NCBI GenBank assembly: GCA_003427395.1
Contig: BFEA01000015.1
Span: forward strand, 1,919,225-1,983,203
Length of the DNA stretch: 63,979 nt
Source: Chara braunii
Lineage: Eukaryota > Plantae > Charophyceae
Direction: 5' to 3'
Below are positions 23,801 to 37,217 of the stretch, in pieces. Position numbers and translations under genes: made by a program. Under the pieces are notes generated by a model. That model made no database searches. It was not told the origin of the DNA and saw only the letters and a list, made by a program, of their open reading frames with translations. Position 1 is the first letter of the stretch, and each line of letters begins with the position of its first letter.

Positions 23801-26164
23801 CGCCAGCTCCAGGGTTGCTCCCTTGTTTCTCAGATGGTCGCTCACCTCCGCTGGTCACTTTCAGTCCATCATACTCGAGCCCATAGTCAAATGTCGCCCC
23901 TTTTTGAGTCATCTCCTCCCTCTCCCCTTCTCTGTCCTGTCATTTTTAGAGTAAGGTCTTGAAACTCTGATCTCGCGATCCGGACGACCCCGCTTGAGGC
24001 TGCTGCCCTGGTCGTATCTCCTGCTCATCCGAAGGTTAGTACAGAGGTCAAAGAACCCAAGATTCCCGACAAACCCCACCAACACAGGCAATCTCAATCT
24101 CAAACATGCAAATACAAGCAAACATACCGAACTTGTTTCCCTCTTTTGCTTTCCGTAAAGGCGTTCGGCTTGTAGGCAGCCACCCGACACTGTGCCAGAC
24201 AACGCCCAAATGGTTCCTGCATGACTGCACAAGGTTACATAGCTCACTAAATCCACGCCAAATGACGCATACGTCGCATAGCGCACGGGGTTCACGACGG
24301 ACGTCCGCGTCAATGGCGTCATCGTGCTCGAAGGGAGCTGGAGATTTAAGTTCATGCCTGTACCGCCATCAACACAGTTGAAGAACAACAATGAGTATGG
24401 TCCATGTTGTGAAGTTGACAATTGGATGAATGGCCTGCCCACCGCAAACGACTGCATGGATCCGTGCGACAACGGCATGGTCGGCAAATCAGCGCCCCAT
24501 CTATTATCATCTGGCAGAGATGCATATGAGAATGGAGATGTTAAACGTCGATGGGTCCCTTCGGTGGACGTGCCCCACCCCCCCTTGAACTGTCGAGAAG
24601 CGTGTACATGAGCGTCACCTGTGCACCCAAGTTTGTCCTTCCTTCCGCCCGTCATGTGGCGGCCTTCTTCATCGATCAACGCTTTTGATGGGATCCACTG
24701 GCAAGCATGCACATGTGCAGAAGGAGAAGAAGCAAAAATAGGACCAATTGACAGAAAACAAGTTCTTGCAGGTGGTCAGCCAGGCATGCGGCTGATGCTC
24801 AGGAGAAAACATTCCCAGCCTGTCAGCCCATCTGACCTACTGCCTCTTGTACTCCACGAAAGGCGAGACACGGCAAGCAATTGGCTGAACTTCAAGGGTG
24901 TAACATAGGATGAGCCTGCACTCTTTTTGTTTGCACGGTTGGGGGGTCGACCATTATGGAGCGATGGATGCCCATGCAGGTGGGCTCCATCTGACCTCTT
25001 GACCTCTCTGACGAGCGAGCTTTCACTCACGCACAGATTTATGAACCCCTCCGTGCTTGTTTGCTTCTTCAAAGGGGTTGTATACTACCCTTTATTTTTC
25101 ATCTTTTGAAATTCCAATGTGTTCTGCAGGCTTTGTCTTTGGTGGGATATCTGCAGGCTTCCCTGCACTTGCGCTCTGGGGTCGGTTAATCTTCTTGAAT
25201 TTTGGTTTCGGTTCAATTTTTGGATATGCCCTCGTAAATGGTTGGTGCTTTCATTTTTGACTTAGAAGAGATAGGATTTGCAGTAGGATTTCAACACGCT
25301 TTACTGAGCGCACCTGTATTTCTTTCCGGACTTTTCAATTTCAAATTAGTCATAAGGATTAGGCGCTACTTCCATTGGCACTTCGCTTATTTTTTCTGCG
25401 CATTTCCGTTTTTTGCGCATCCACTTTCTTCGCCCCTTCATTTGTATGCAATCCTTTCAGCGCTCTTCTTCCTTCTTCCTCGTGGCTTTTCCAACGATCA
25501 CAACTGTCTTCTTCTCCCTCCCCTGCCGCCCCCTCCTCTTGCTTGATCTCGCTGGACTTTAGTCCTTGCCCATGCTATCTTTCATAACTTCCTTTCCTTC
25601 CCTTGCTCCCACCCAGAAGGATCTTGGCGGGTCGACGTGGCTGTAGAGATCTGATCGCTGCATAAGGATTGATCTAATCCGTCACACCACGGTTCGACTT
25701 CCCTTCCTTCCTCCCCTTGCATGCATCTGGATAAATCTCTCAAGGTGCATTCCCCTCCCTCTCTCTTATTCTATCCTACGGCTTAGGGTAAGTAGGGGCT
25801 AGGCGGCAATGCTAAGCGGATTGGACACTCTCAATGGATTGGTAGCAAAATTGTCGGATCACGTCATGTTTGTCGTATTGTTGCGCACGCAGCGTGGCTA
25901 GCCATGCTCCGACCAGATGGTGTGCAGGATTGAAAATGTATAGATTGGGCGGGGCCGCAGGTGCGCAAGCTCGAGGGACCGGAGCCCCGCCAGCATTTGG
26001 TGCTGGGTGCGCCTTCATATTGGCCGCTTGCCGACCTGCCGATCTACTCCTAGTTACTATTGGGTCGCGTTGTGGCGCATTCCTCTGCCTGGGCTGTCCT
26101 CTGCTCGCCAGATCGCTCTTTGCAACCGCGCTCTCTTGGTCGTCCCTGGGTTTGCCACGTGTCA

Positions 26165-26245
26165 GCTCCGATACCAACCTCATGCCCGACGCGACTTCCT
26201 GTTCGGAGTGGGAGTGGGCCTGGAAGTGCGAAAAGGGGGCAGCAT
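26165..26245 (-). mobile_element. Family-X LTR 3' terminus fused to a tRNA-iMet PBS (remnant 5' LTR/PBS junction)
   Basis: The minus strand reads cttttcgcacttccaggcccactcccactccgaacaggaagtcgcgtcgggcatgaggt-TGGTATCGGAGC. The first part matches the LTR-X end at 7325-7390. Confidence 0.65.
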
Positions 26246-27163
26246 CCTGTATGCACGAACACCCTTTTGCGTGTGCATACAGGCACCCTGCCGAGGATGC
26301 AGATGTGGAAGATGATGAGAAGACAAGCAAAATGATGACCAGGAGCAGCGGCGGCAGCCTTCGGAAGACGTCGGTCATGAACGACGCGCGGGGAAGGGCA
26401 GTAGCTACACCACGCCAGTAGGCCTCCAGCAAATGGTGACGAAAAGGGCAGCAAATGAAAGACCGCAAAATCCAACAAACACCCTCTAACGTTTTGCTTT
26501 GCGGAGCACAGTGGGAAATCGAAACTTGGGTCAGCTAAAATGTTTAAATTTGTCGACCGTTCCGACCCTTTTCCGTTTGGCGGCACACACTACGAAGGAG
26601 AACAATGGTCGAGGACGTTCGTGGGGGCCGGCTGACCACCAACAATTACCGTTGGCATAAGGTTCCTGGAAGCCGAACGTTGATGACCCAAGATGTCCGT
26701 GCAGTGGCCGCTAGGTACTCCAATGGACTAGCTGACGAAAATTTCTTTGAGACGATGGGTGCCCTCACCGCTCCGATTATTGCGGATCCTTTACCTTTGA
26801 GGGACCTCGAGAGGTCCCTTGGGGAAGACCACCAAATGGTTGTAGCCCGAGGACGCCCCAAGGATTCTCGGAGAAAACGTTTTTATTTTTTTTTCTCGTT
26901 TTCGTCCCCGAGGATAGGTGGAACGATATTCTCCTCGGGGGATTTACGGATCATTTACCTGCCCGAGGAGTGTCTAACGAGTCCCAGAGCCTTCTTATCC
27001 ATTCTGGGAAGCATCAGCCCGGTTCCTATTACCCTGGCAAGTCAAGAAAACTTACATCATATACACTCTCCAACAATTCTCACCATTATGGCTGAGAGAC
27101 CTGAGTAGGCAGCTACTTCCTTTGGGACGTATTAACCTCTGCTCACCCTTGCCTAAGTTAGCG

Positions 27164-29616
27164 TGTGACGAACTATTTTCCATGAACGCGCGACTTTGTG
27201 CGCAGCTGTATTTGGGGGGTTATCGGAAAAGGCCCGCCCAACTACATAAATGCCCCCATCCCTTGGAAGGAGGTCGGTCTCGCGACGGTTGGTAATTGAT
27301 CGCGCCTTAGCGACCGCGGGAATAATTGTTACCATAGCTTCTTTCTTGTTTTGTTGGAGGGAGGGAAATTTTGGCGCGATCATCGCGCGGGAAAATTCTT
27401 TTTGAAAATTTGAAATACAAGGGATTACGAGAATTAGAACTTTGGTTGATCTAGGAATTAGGGGCGTCGTAATTTGTCAAAAAACTTATGTTGTTGTAAC
27501 TGCATGGTGCTTCCTACTTGCTCGCGCATTACTACGTCCTGTCATGCGCTCTGCACCCACCGCGCCTAAATTCTAATCGCAACTGCAATCTCTTCTTGCT
27601 CTTTCTTGGCCATCACATAAGTAACTGTAATCCTCTCACTTCTTGATCTCTTCTCGTTCTTGTGCCACGCAGAGTTTCTCAACGCCTTTTTCCCGTCTAT
27701 CGCATTGGCCCGCAGGTGCATGACTGGATCGATGCGTGGAGAGCGGCTACGTCCCCCACATCGGCCCCGTCATGCACCCGTAGACACTCCCTCCTTCTTT
27801 TTACTTCTCGCCTCAGCACAATCCGGAATTACCTTGCACACCTACCAACTGCTATAAAACTCGCAAGCGTGACTAATTCGCTCTCTAATCTGCACTTGAG
27901 AGTTAGTGCAGTCGAGAGGATCGGCTAACGAGCGGAGACGGAAATGTGAGTAGGAAGTTGGGCGATCCGACGAGTTGGTGCTGGGAAGGCGGGGTTGACA
28001 TGTGGCCGCGAAGGACTGTGGCATATGGGCAAACCTGGCTTGCGTACTTAGACTAAGCGGGATGACAACTTCGAGTTGTTGTTAGGTGCGAGGCGACAGA
28101 CTGCCCGCATCAAGGGAACTTTGAGAAAGCGAGAGAAAGAGAGAGCGAGAGAGAAGGTAGTGTGCTGAAGTGAGAATTATCTCCTCATATCTTTTGCATA
28201 ATTTTTTATTCCTCTGGTTTACTATGATTTCTGGTTCTCAACCATTTTTGCTCACGACACTCTCATATTTTACTTTCTTTGATTGATGTTTGAGCGATCT
28301 TTATCTCCCCCATCTCTTTGTTTGTTTACATGGAATGTTGTTGATTGTAAAAATGAGTACGTAGGGAATGAATGTCGTGCTGTCAGTTGCTGAAGTGTGG
28401 AGACATGTATGTGATCCCGCCCACTCCCGGAATGACTATGTCTTTGTATATACGGTAGTGATCGACTGTTGGACCCTGCCTTGGGCCGTTGGGGACCGTC
28501 TCCCTAAACCAACCTGGATCGGGGCAGATGCATGTACAACGAGTAGATTGCGATCTATGTAATATGCCTGAGTATGGGTTGGATTTTTCCCATGCACAAA
28601 TTGCACACAATTGACATCTGATGCATAAGAATGATTGTTCCCCTCTTTCCTCTTGCCCGTCAAACGACCATCTAAGTTGATTCGGATCCGGTGGGAACAG
28701 ATCATGTGCACACACGTATACGAGTGATCACCAGACGACAGTCATCACGTATACACGTGTCTGGATGAAATAATGCCTCCTCTCTTTGCACGACCAAATG
28801 TATGATTCAAGCCCCCCTTATCAAATATGGATGCCGGCGTTCCATTGTGGATCACGGACCGTGCCAGTCTGAGGAACCCCAAGTACATAGAATATTGGGA
28901 GAACGAAAAACTCTTGCGCTGATCGAACGTACGGTTTCCGTCCTACCCCTATCAAATGGAGGGCGATCAGTTGTGTGCTTGGGACTTTCAGCAGGCCATA
29001 GGACGAAATTCCCGAACCCCGGATTACCTCGACCCCCATAACTACCAGTACCATCTCACACCGAGATTCGTCGCCATTGAAACCGACTTCCCTCCATTCT
29101 ATCTCCTTCTCCCCTATCACCACCTGACGGTCGTTCCCTCGGATTCGATCGCGCACTGCTCGCCCCAGAGGTCGTGTTCTGAGTGCCATCAGTACAACAC
29201 TTACTGATCTGCAGGATTCGTGCGGCGGACCTGCTCCGAAGCTGAGCACCGAGAACACAGTCTCCGACTGAGACCGTCCACGTCGGACGCGGAGATCTGT
29301 GAAACCCACCGGCGACGGGTGTTTGAATGGAGAGACACCCATACCCATTGTGTTCCATCAGTACACCAGGTGTGAGCCCGCCCGAGGCGATGGGGCCGGC
29401 AAAATTAGCCGCTGAAAGGCGAAACCCAAAACCTGGCCCTACATAAAAACCACTTGCATTTCTGTCCTTGAAACTTGGCACCGAAGATCTCAGTTCCGAC
29501 CTGGGACTCCACCCCCACTTTCCTAAAATCCTTGGCACACCCCTACTACGCACTTTGGGGCCCCGCCCCACTCCGAGAACGGGAAGTCGCGCTGGGCATG
29601 AGGTTTGGGCATCACA
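27164..29616 (+). mobile_element. Solo LTR of family X (~2.45 kb)
   Basis: TGTGACG...CATCACA termini, flanks AGCG/AGCC (imperfect 4-bp TSD), TATA-like ctataaa at ~27852, colinear with 7320-9715(-). Confidence 0.8.
28956..29207 (+). CDS. LTR-encoded hypothetical protein, family X copy 3 (N-terminus probably frameshifted)
   Basis: LCAWDFQQAI...PDY...QY...FVAIETDFPPFYLLLPYHHLTVVPSDSIA...CSEC aligns with 7567-8052. Confidence 0.5.
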   Translation: MEGDQLCAWDFQQAIGRNSRTPDYLDPHNYQYHLTPRFVAIETDFPPFYLLLPYHHLTVVPSDSIAHCSPQRSCSECHQYNTY

Positions 29617-31354
29617 AGCCTCCTAATAAAGCTGGAAACTGGGTCCAGCATCCGTTACATCTGATTTTACTCACTCCACGCTTCTCCCGTTATCGTTGAG
29701 AGATCCTGAGACAGCGGCATTGATTACTGCCCAATCAGGAGGATCAACCACTTTTGCACCCCTGTTTTTCATACGAACTCGGACTGCTAGGGCTAAGGGA
29801 GGTCTTGACCGCAATGGGGGAGGAAGGGGAGGGGGGGGGGGGACAAGAGGAAACTGCGGCTGTGTCATACTTTTAGTTTGAAATAGGCAGGAGAAGACAA
29901 GGTCGCCATGTAGTCGTGGTGTGAAGTTGCCCATTCTGAACATCGGGTGTGACTTGAAAGTACTCGCCCCAAAACAAAAAGGAAGGTCTTGATGGCATAG
30001 ATTGTTTTCCTTTGAAAGAATTCGTTGTCAGATCCTTGTCATCTTCTATTTTCATTACACCAATAGTGAGCTGTCAGTCTTCCACACCGATGCCATTAGG
30101 GCATCGCAAGTCAGACGTTCCTTACTCATTTTTGCCAATTTTATTTCATTATCATAATCATCTACCAATCTGAATCTTTATCATCATCATCATCATCATC
30201 ATCATCACGGTCTCTTGATTCATTTTTTCATCAATCGGTAGTTATCTCTATGTTGGTGCTTATATTCTCTTCGCCCAGATAGGTTATGGTCTAGTTGGTA
30301 GGTAGGTTGGTCAGAAAGGGAGCGCTACTCCGCAGGGTTCACACAAGGTGTGAGGTGATTGCCCTCCAGGGAGTAGACGCAGATGATGGGAGCTGACCTG
30401 GGCTGGGGCTGGGAGATATGTATGGGGGCGCATTATCTCCTGGCGGAGGCAGACTAGGTCAGAGTGTTAGTTTTGAGGTACACCTTTTGGGGGAACTGGT
30501 TACCTCAAGGTAGAAGGGAATGGGGAGGTTCTCTTTCTCATTGGGGCTGATAGGAACTTCATGCTGATAGCGGGGTTCGGCTCAGCGGAGGCAGCGAGAG
30601 GAGAAGAGGAAATGAGGGGAGAGGAGGAGAGTACATGGAAGCAGGGGAGGGGTGGAGAGGAATAATCATCAGCATCGTCATCACGTACTCGTCAAATTTC
30701 ATCATCAGAAAGTTTGGCTAATCAGGATTCTGATATTATCAGATCCTAGATTTCTAGTTGGCATTCTAGATTAGCTAATTTCCTAATTGAATCTTTTTGT
30801 GTAATGGCCAGGTTGAGTTGGCCCCAGAACGACGCTGGCCGACGCTGGGGCAGTGCCCTGTAAAATGCTTGACCAGGAGCTTGAGGCTTTGCATAGAGGT
30901 CTGGGATTGCCGAGGGAGGAAGGCAATCTGCAAACTTGACTAATGGCTACAATCTGGCCGACGATGGTCGGAGCTGGGGTGGGTAGCGCTGCCGAGCCAG
31001 ATTGGGGTGTGAGACCGGGCAGAGGCCTGGTTCGTGCACAGCACAGGCTCGATTGTGATTGGTTGGTTGGAATAGATACAGGAAATTAGGGATAGGATAG
31101 TATTTGAGTGCTAATAGACAATCATTCTGATTAAACCACCAGTACCTCGGCCAGCCATTTTTTTTTGCCGCGGCCGTATACATGCCGCGACTTGCGGTGG
31201 TCGGGGGGGCGGGCGACCGGTAAGTACGAAAAAAAAGAAAAAAGTACGGAAAAAAAATGAAAAAAAAAAAAAACAAAAAAAAAAAACGAGAACGAAAAGA
31301 AAAGAAAAGAATGGAAGTCACGCGACAGGTGTTCCGAGAAGTCGCGGCGCGTTG

Positions 31355-31392
<38 letters not shown>

Positions 31393-31409
31393 GGGGGCCA
31401 AGTCCCACT

Positions 31410-31543
31410 AGCAGCGTTGAGCTACCTCAACGCCTGAATCTGGACGTTTTCGCGGTGAAATGCAGAAACGGTGTTGAGATTCCTGAGGTGCACGTCTCCA
31501 CAAACACGTCCAGATTCAGGCGTTGAGGTAGCTCAACGCTGCT
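31410..31543. repeat. Short foldback element with ~38-bp perfect inverted arms
   Basis: agcagcgttgagctacctcaacgcctgaatctggacgt ... acgtccagattcaggcgttgaggtagctcaacgctgct. Abuts an N gap. Confidence 0.8.
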
Positions 31544-32678
31544 NNNNNNNNNNNNNNNNNNNNNNNNNNNNNNNNNNNNNNNNNNNNNNNNNNNNNNNNN
31601 NNNNNNNNNNNNNNNNNNNNNNNNNNNNNNNNNNNNNNNNNNNNNNNNNNNNNNNNNNNNNNNNNNNNNNNNNNNNNNNNNNNNNNNNNNNNNNNNNNNN
31701 NNNNNNNNNNNNNNNNNNNNNNNNNNNNNNNNNNNNNNNNNNNNNNNNNNNNNNNNNNNNNNNNNNNNNNNNNNNNNNNNNNNNNNNNNNNNNNNNNNNN
31801 NNNNNNNNNNNNNNNNNNNNNNNNNNNNNNNNNNNNNNNNNNNNNNNNNNNNNNNNNNNNNNNNNNNNNNNNNNNNNNNNNNNNNNNNNNNNNNNNNNNN
31901 NNNNNNNNNNNNNNNNNNNNNNNNNNNNNNNNNNNNNNNNNNNNNNNNNNNNNNNNNNNNNNNNNNNNNNNNNNNNNNNNNNNNNNNNNNNNNNNNNNNN
32001 NNNNNNNNNNNNNNNNNNNNNNNNNNNNNNNNNNNNNNNNNNNNNNNNNNNNNNNNNNNNNNNNNNNNNNNNNNNNNNNNNNNNNNNNNNNNNNNNNNNN
32101 NNNNNNNNNNNNNNNNNNNNNNNNNNNNNNNNNNNNNNNNNNNNNNNNNNNNNNNNNNNNNNNNNNNNNNNNNNNNNNNNNNNNNNNNNNNNNNNNNNNN
32201 NNNNNNNNNNNNNNNNNNNNNNNNNNNNNNNNNNNNNNNNNNNNNNNNNNNNNNNNNNNNNNNNNNNNNNNNNNNNNNNNNNNNNNNNNNNNNNNNNNNN
32301 NNNNNNNNNNNNNNNNNNNNNNNNNNNNNNNNNNNNNNNNNNNNNNNNNNNNNNNNNNNNNNNNNNNNNNNNNNNNNNNNNNNNNNNNNNNNNNNNNNNN
32401 NNNNNNNNNNNNNNNNNNNNNNNNNNNNNNNNNNNNNNNNNNNNNNNNNNNNNNNNNNNNNNNNNNNNNNNNNNNNNNNNNNNNNNNNNNNNNNNNNNNN
32501 NNNNNNNNNNNNNNNNNNNNNNNNNNNNNNNNNTTTTCATTTTCTTCACATTTATTGTAAACGAATTTTGATGTCCTCGAAGTACCGGTACTTCGAGGCT
32601 AATCACCGGAGCTGTAGGTTAGGCCTACCGGTAGCTCTAGGGTCGGGCCTTGACAACCGGTAGGTACTGGTGGTTTAA

Positions 32679-33144
32679 GGGCCACGTTAGACCCTCCTTG
32701 AAAAATCCTCAGGAATTAGGACGAAGTCCTTGGAAAATTTCAAGGAATTCGGCGTCATCATTACACCGTGTCCTTGGAGCGTCGGCTTAGAGATTCGTCC
32801 TTGGAGCTTTTTGGGGGGGAAAAAGAAAAAAGAAAAAGATAAACAGTTGTGCTTGAGGCTTTCGGCCAATAGGGTGTCGCCACGCTCCCGGTTCGACCGT
32901 TGTAACGTCCCGTGTGTGTCCTCTCCTCTCCGTCAATCACGGCTCCTTGAGCCCAAGGGACCTCAGGAGGACCCTTTGAATCCAAGGACGCAATGGCTGG
33001 CGATTCTGAGGATCCCCAAGGAAATCTCTCGGGACCGTTTTCACTTTGGGCCTCGTTAATCCAAGGAATTCGGTGGAATGGGATGCGGTGTAACCATGCC
33101 GAATTCCTAAAAATTGTCTTCCCAAGGAGGGTCTAACGAGGCCC
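32679..33144. mobile_element. Tourist-like (PIF/Harbinger) MITE
   Basis: TIRs gggccacgttagaccctccttg / caaggagggtctaacgaggccc, with a TAA TSD on both sides (32676-32678, 33145-33147). Confidence 0.88.
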
Positions 33145-33273
33145 TAATCATCATCTAGCTCTATTCATGACCTCAATCATCCACACTGACATCCTAAATC
33201 ATCCTAAATGATCCTCAATCATCCAAAATTATCATAAATGATCATCTATCATCAATCTTTGGATGTCACTATG

Positions 33274-33445
33274 TAAGGGACGCTGGACCCGGTTTCCAGC
33301 AGGTGCAGCTCCCCACCAATAGATGGAGTTAATAAAAAAAAAAAAAAAATTCCATTATAAGGGAGGCTGGGCCCGATTCCCAGCACGTGCTGCTCCCCAC
33401 AAATAGATTGGAGCATTTCTTAAAAATAATAATAAATACATAAAT
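33274..33445 (+). repeat. Two tandem copies of short hairpin SINE-like element (family H1)
   Basis: taagggacgctggacccggtttccagcaggtgcagctccccaccaatagatggag + A-rich tail. Full or partial copies also at 29633(-), 34066(-), 34864(-), 43760(+), 57925(+), 58433-58582(-), 59631-59760(-) and 63246(+). Confidence 0.75.
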
Positions 33446-33476
33446 CCTATTTATTAATTTTATGTCTTTTTTAAGG

Positions 33477-33507
<31 letters not shown>

Positions 33508-36140
33508 GGTCCCAGACTCTCAGTGTCCCTTTAACAGCACCTGAGTCTTAGGCATCAGCCCCGTTAGGGCCCTTACCCATCGCCCGTTACGCAGACCCAG
33601 AACGTTTGCCGGCATCCCCCATTGTCAGTCCTATTGTCTGCTGCTCAAGGCTTACAATATACTACTGTTCATTTTCCTTGGCTCGTGTACCAGGGGAGCT
33701 ACTTATGGAGGGCTCATCTCCGTATCCCAAAGTCCATTAGCCCGAAGTGTCAGACATCATCGCCCTTGTTGGTCCAATTGTCCGCCATTCAAGGCCCATC
33801 GCCTGTAACTTGTTGTCCCTGACTTCCTGGCCCGTGTACCAGAAGAACAGGTTGTGCCTGCTCGCTTCATTCTGTAGCGCTCGGTCACTGGCCAGTCCCG
33901 CAGAATCCCCGGGCTCCTGCTCCCACTGGTGTTTTGTTTTGTGTTTGCTATTCTATTTCACATTCTATGCTTTTTTTTTTTTTTTTTTTTTTTTTTTCCT
34001 TGAATCAACCCGATCGGATGCTAGGTGTGCTGATAAGAGCAGACACATCTAGCACCGTCAGGGAGGCTCCATCTATTTGTGGGGAGCAGCACCTGCTGGA
34101 AATCGGGTCCTGTGTCCCCTTGGATACATCTTTGTAGCACAGTGTTTGTTGGGCATATGGCCATTAGAGTTGTTGTTCCCGAGCTTCCTTCTCTCCCCCG
34201 GGGCTGCCTATGTTACCCTTCCAATTTGCAAAGCTCTTACTTCCCACTGACCTGGCCCCACCCAGGATAGTGTCCACCGTGCTTTAATGTCTACGCACGT
34301 CCTGGTGGTAATGGCTCAACTCCTACCCTTGGTGTCTGCAACCCATTTCACATTCTATGCTATGTTCTTTGTAAAAGTACATTCTATGCTATGTTCTTTG
34401 TAAAAGTAAACTCTATTCTGATGAAGTAGGCCGATTGTCTGAGCTATTCCTCTCAGTCCACTGAAGTTGACTGTCAGACGAAGCCTTTCATATTTAGAAT
34501 TTGCTGAGTGACTCCTCCTTGCCTACAAGGTCGACGATTTCCTGATCAGTTCTGTGGGGCTAAAACTGTTATTTTGGCCCTCCTAGCTTACTGCCGAACC
34601 AGGTAGGACTGCATGCTCTTACAATCACTCCTCTGACTCCTATCTGTTGTTGCGCGTGGAATTTTCTTTTAAAAAAAAGAAGAAAAAAAAGAAGCAGCTT
34701 ACTGTCTAACCAGTTACAAAACCATTTATCGCCCTCCCTCTAAGTATTCCTCTGTTTCCAGTTTTCCCCCTGCCCCTGGCTGCCGCCTATTACACACCAA
34801 TCTTCGTTTTTTTTTTGTTTTGTTTTGTATTGTTTTGCAAGAATGAGCTTTTGTAGCAATAATGCTGGAAACCAGGTCCCGCGTCCCTTATTACATCAGA
34901 TGTACTCATTGCACCCTCTTTCGGGAATTTCAGTCCATTGCAGTCACAATTTCCCTTGGAACACCAGTGGGAGAGAGCCTTCTGCAGCCCCCTGACAGTT
35001 TTTGCATCATTGATGTATTGGATCTGGGGCAGGCAGGCCGGTACTTTTTTTTATCGGACTTGAGCCCAGTATAGCCATGACTTGTTCACGTGTCACCCCT
35101 AGAGTCATATTTTTCTCCAACAAAAAATTGAATATGCGTCTTATGGCAATTTTTTCCTAGGTTAACAGGCCATTTTTCAGAACTAAATGGTGGCGTGGTT
35201 GCCCCAGCAGCCAAGTGGATGGCCTGTGCTGGGATGTATAGGCCTCCAGGCGCATTCTGACACAGGACTTGGAGGAAACGAGGTGAAGTCTGGAGGCATC
35301 ACAGCAATCTAACCCTCCAGAATAAAATCTGTAACGAAGGATTGAGTACAGGATTGTTAGCGATTTCCTTCAGATTTGCCGGAAAGGTCTCATGTAGAAA
35401 TTGACTTGGAAAAAAAAAAAAACAACGTCAACACAGTTGAAAGTGTAGTCTCTGTGGTTAGGTGTCCCTGGAAATGTGGATCCTCTAAGTCATCCCCCCA
35501 CTGGTTGAACATGCAAATCAGACACTTCCCGAGGCATAGAGCCCAGCCGCTACTACCACATGGATCTTTAAAAAAAAAAAGCAGATCACACATTCGCTGC
35601 TGAAGGTCAATGTAGCTGTTAACCAACGACGCTTAGCAAATGTTGGCCAACAAGGCCACCTTTTTTGTTGTCACAAAAAGATATAACACTTCCACTTGCA
35701 ATATGAACTCAATGCACGAGGCTTTACTTGTCACAGAATACGCATAGAGCTCGTGTCATAAGATACACTGTACTATCATGATCACCCTTCTGCCTCTCTG
35801 CACAGACCTTCTGCCTCTCTGCGCAGACCTTCTGCCTCTCTGCTCAGACGACCATCTCAGCCACTATCCCGAATAAATAGTTGACTGAAAGTAGTAGGTA
35901 TTGAACAAAAAATGGATAAATTCCGCATGCTTTTTCTCTGTTCCTCTCCCATGTGTATCAATGATTCTTCCAGAATTTGTATGGGGGTTTCATGGAGGGG
36001 GTGAGCTCTGCTCTACACAGGCTTCACAAGGTGGGTAGTGATGCTCGGGAGGGGGTACGAGCAGACTGGGGGGGGATAGTCTACTCTGGGGCTGGGGTAG
36101 ATGTGAGGGCCAAGATCAAACCTCAGCGGAGGCATAAGGG

Positions 36141-36185
<45 letters not shown>

Positions 36186-36278
36186 TTAGGGTAAGGGGCA
36201 GGCTTTGGGTGGGAACTAGATGGGAAGGAGGAGTGGGGGAAGGATTTTCTAACCCCTTTCTCTGGGGAAACTACACGG

Positions 36279-36443
36279 GAGTCACAAAAATGAGTTATAC
36301 CTTATAATTGCACTACGGGCCAAGATACAGTTTCCAATTGCAGTTTGGGCAATGCATACAACCCAGCTTTGTGGCCAGGTAGGGTGCCGAAGTGTAAACT
36401 GTATCTTGCCCCATAGTGCAATTATAACTCGTTTTTGTCACTC
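36279..36443. mobile_element. Small MITE-like palindrome
   Basis: gagtcacaaaaatgagttata..tataattgcactacgggccaagatacagttt versus aaactgtatcttgccccatagtgcaattataactcgtttttgtcactc. Confidence 0.7.
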
Positions 36444-36779
36444 TACTGAAGTTAACCCCAATTTCTTTTCTTTTCCAACATCACTGACTTTTTCAGTACT
36501 GTTTATGTGCCTGGGAGGCAGATGCACCACCAATACATGCCAGCTATTGGCCACGGCCCCCTTTTGGAGGCCTCCCGCCGTCAACTCATTTTATCTATGG
36601 CGCTCGACCTCCTACATTTTCAGAGAGGCTCAAAACAGGTTCTCCAGTTGCCTGCGCCCATGTACTGGTGGTTTAAAGAACCAGGACAGGCATAGCACAT
36701 CCCTAGTTAGGCTATGTCCAGCTTGCGTGGCTTTGACACTCCCTGAGCGACATTTGGTTTTCTTTTACTGTCGATAACA

Positions 36780-37180
36780 GGATTCAAGGGATAGCTGAAT
36801 CCTGGCTGATGTCTGCTAGAGTAGTGCTGTTCTGAGCTCTTGGTTTGCAGATGCCAGAATGACGCTGGCAGGGGCTGGGACGTTTGACCTGTGACCTGTC
36901 TTGTAGCAGGAGTGTGAGGCCTGGTAGAGAGATCGGGGGATTTGTCGAGGGAGGAAGGCAATCCAGTGGCGAGCTAGGAGGGACTGCCAAGTCAACCTAT
37001 GAGGCCACGCTTAGTCTTGGTAGTGAGAACACGACAGCGAGGGTGGGTATTGGGCAGGTTGAGTTTGTCTTTGGAGTGTTGCGTCTGGTATAGGGGAAGC
37101 TAGGGGTTGCTCATAGACTGTGAGGCCAGGTGTTGCGGATATAGTCCATAATCCTTCTATAGAATATCTTAGATAATCAT
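36780..37180 (-). repeat. Dispersed repeat family G (core gatgccagaatgacgctgg...gagagatc.ggggatttgtcgagggag on + strand)
   Basis: Also at ~30790-30940, 54440-54830 and 54990-55345, and in the opposite orientation at 60170-60330. Confidence 0.65.
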
Positions 37181-37184
37181 AGTC

Positions 37185-37185
37185 T

Positions 37186-37217
<32 letters not shown>

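Noticed and set aside
20520-23950. Possible LTR and leader of a further Gypsy element
   Set aside because: The composition is suggestive, but I found no termini, PBS or protein motif, so it is left unannotated.
31471-32606. Long ORFs spanning N runs (also 17488-18203, 56206-57792, 62174-62698)
   Set aside because: They are open only because of Ns.
34415-34450. CTGATGA as a hammerhead ribozyme core (also 5874, 57639, 58657)
   Set aside because: No stem II followed by GAAA and no closing helices could be found.
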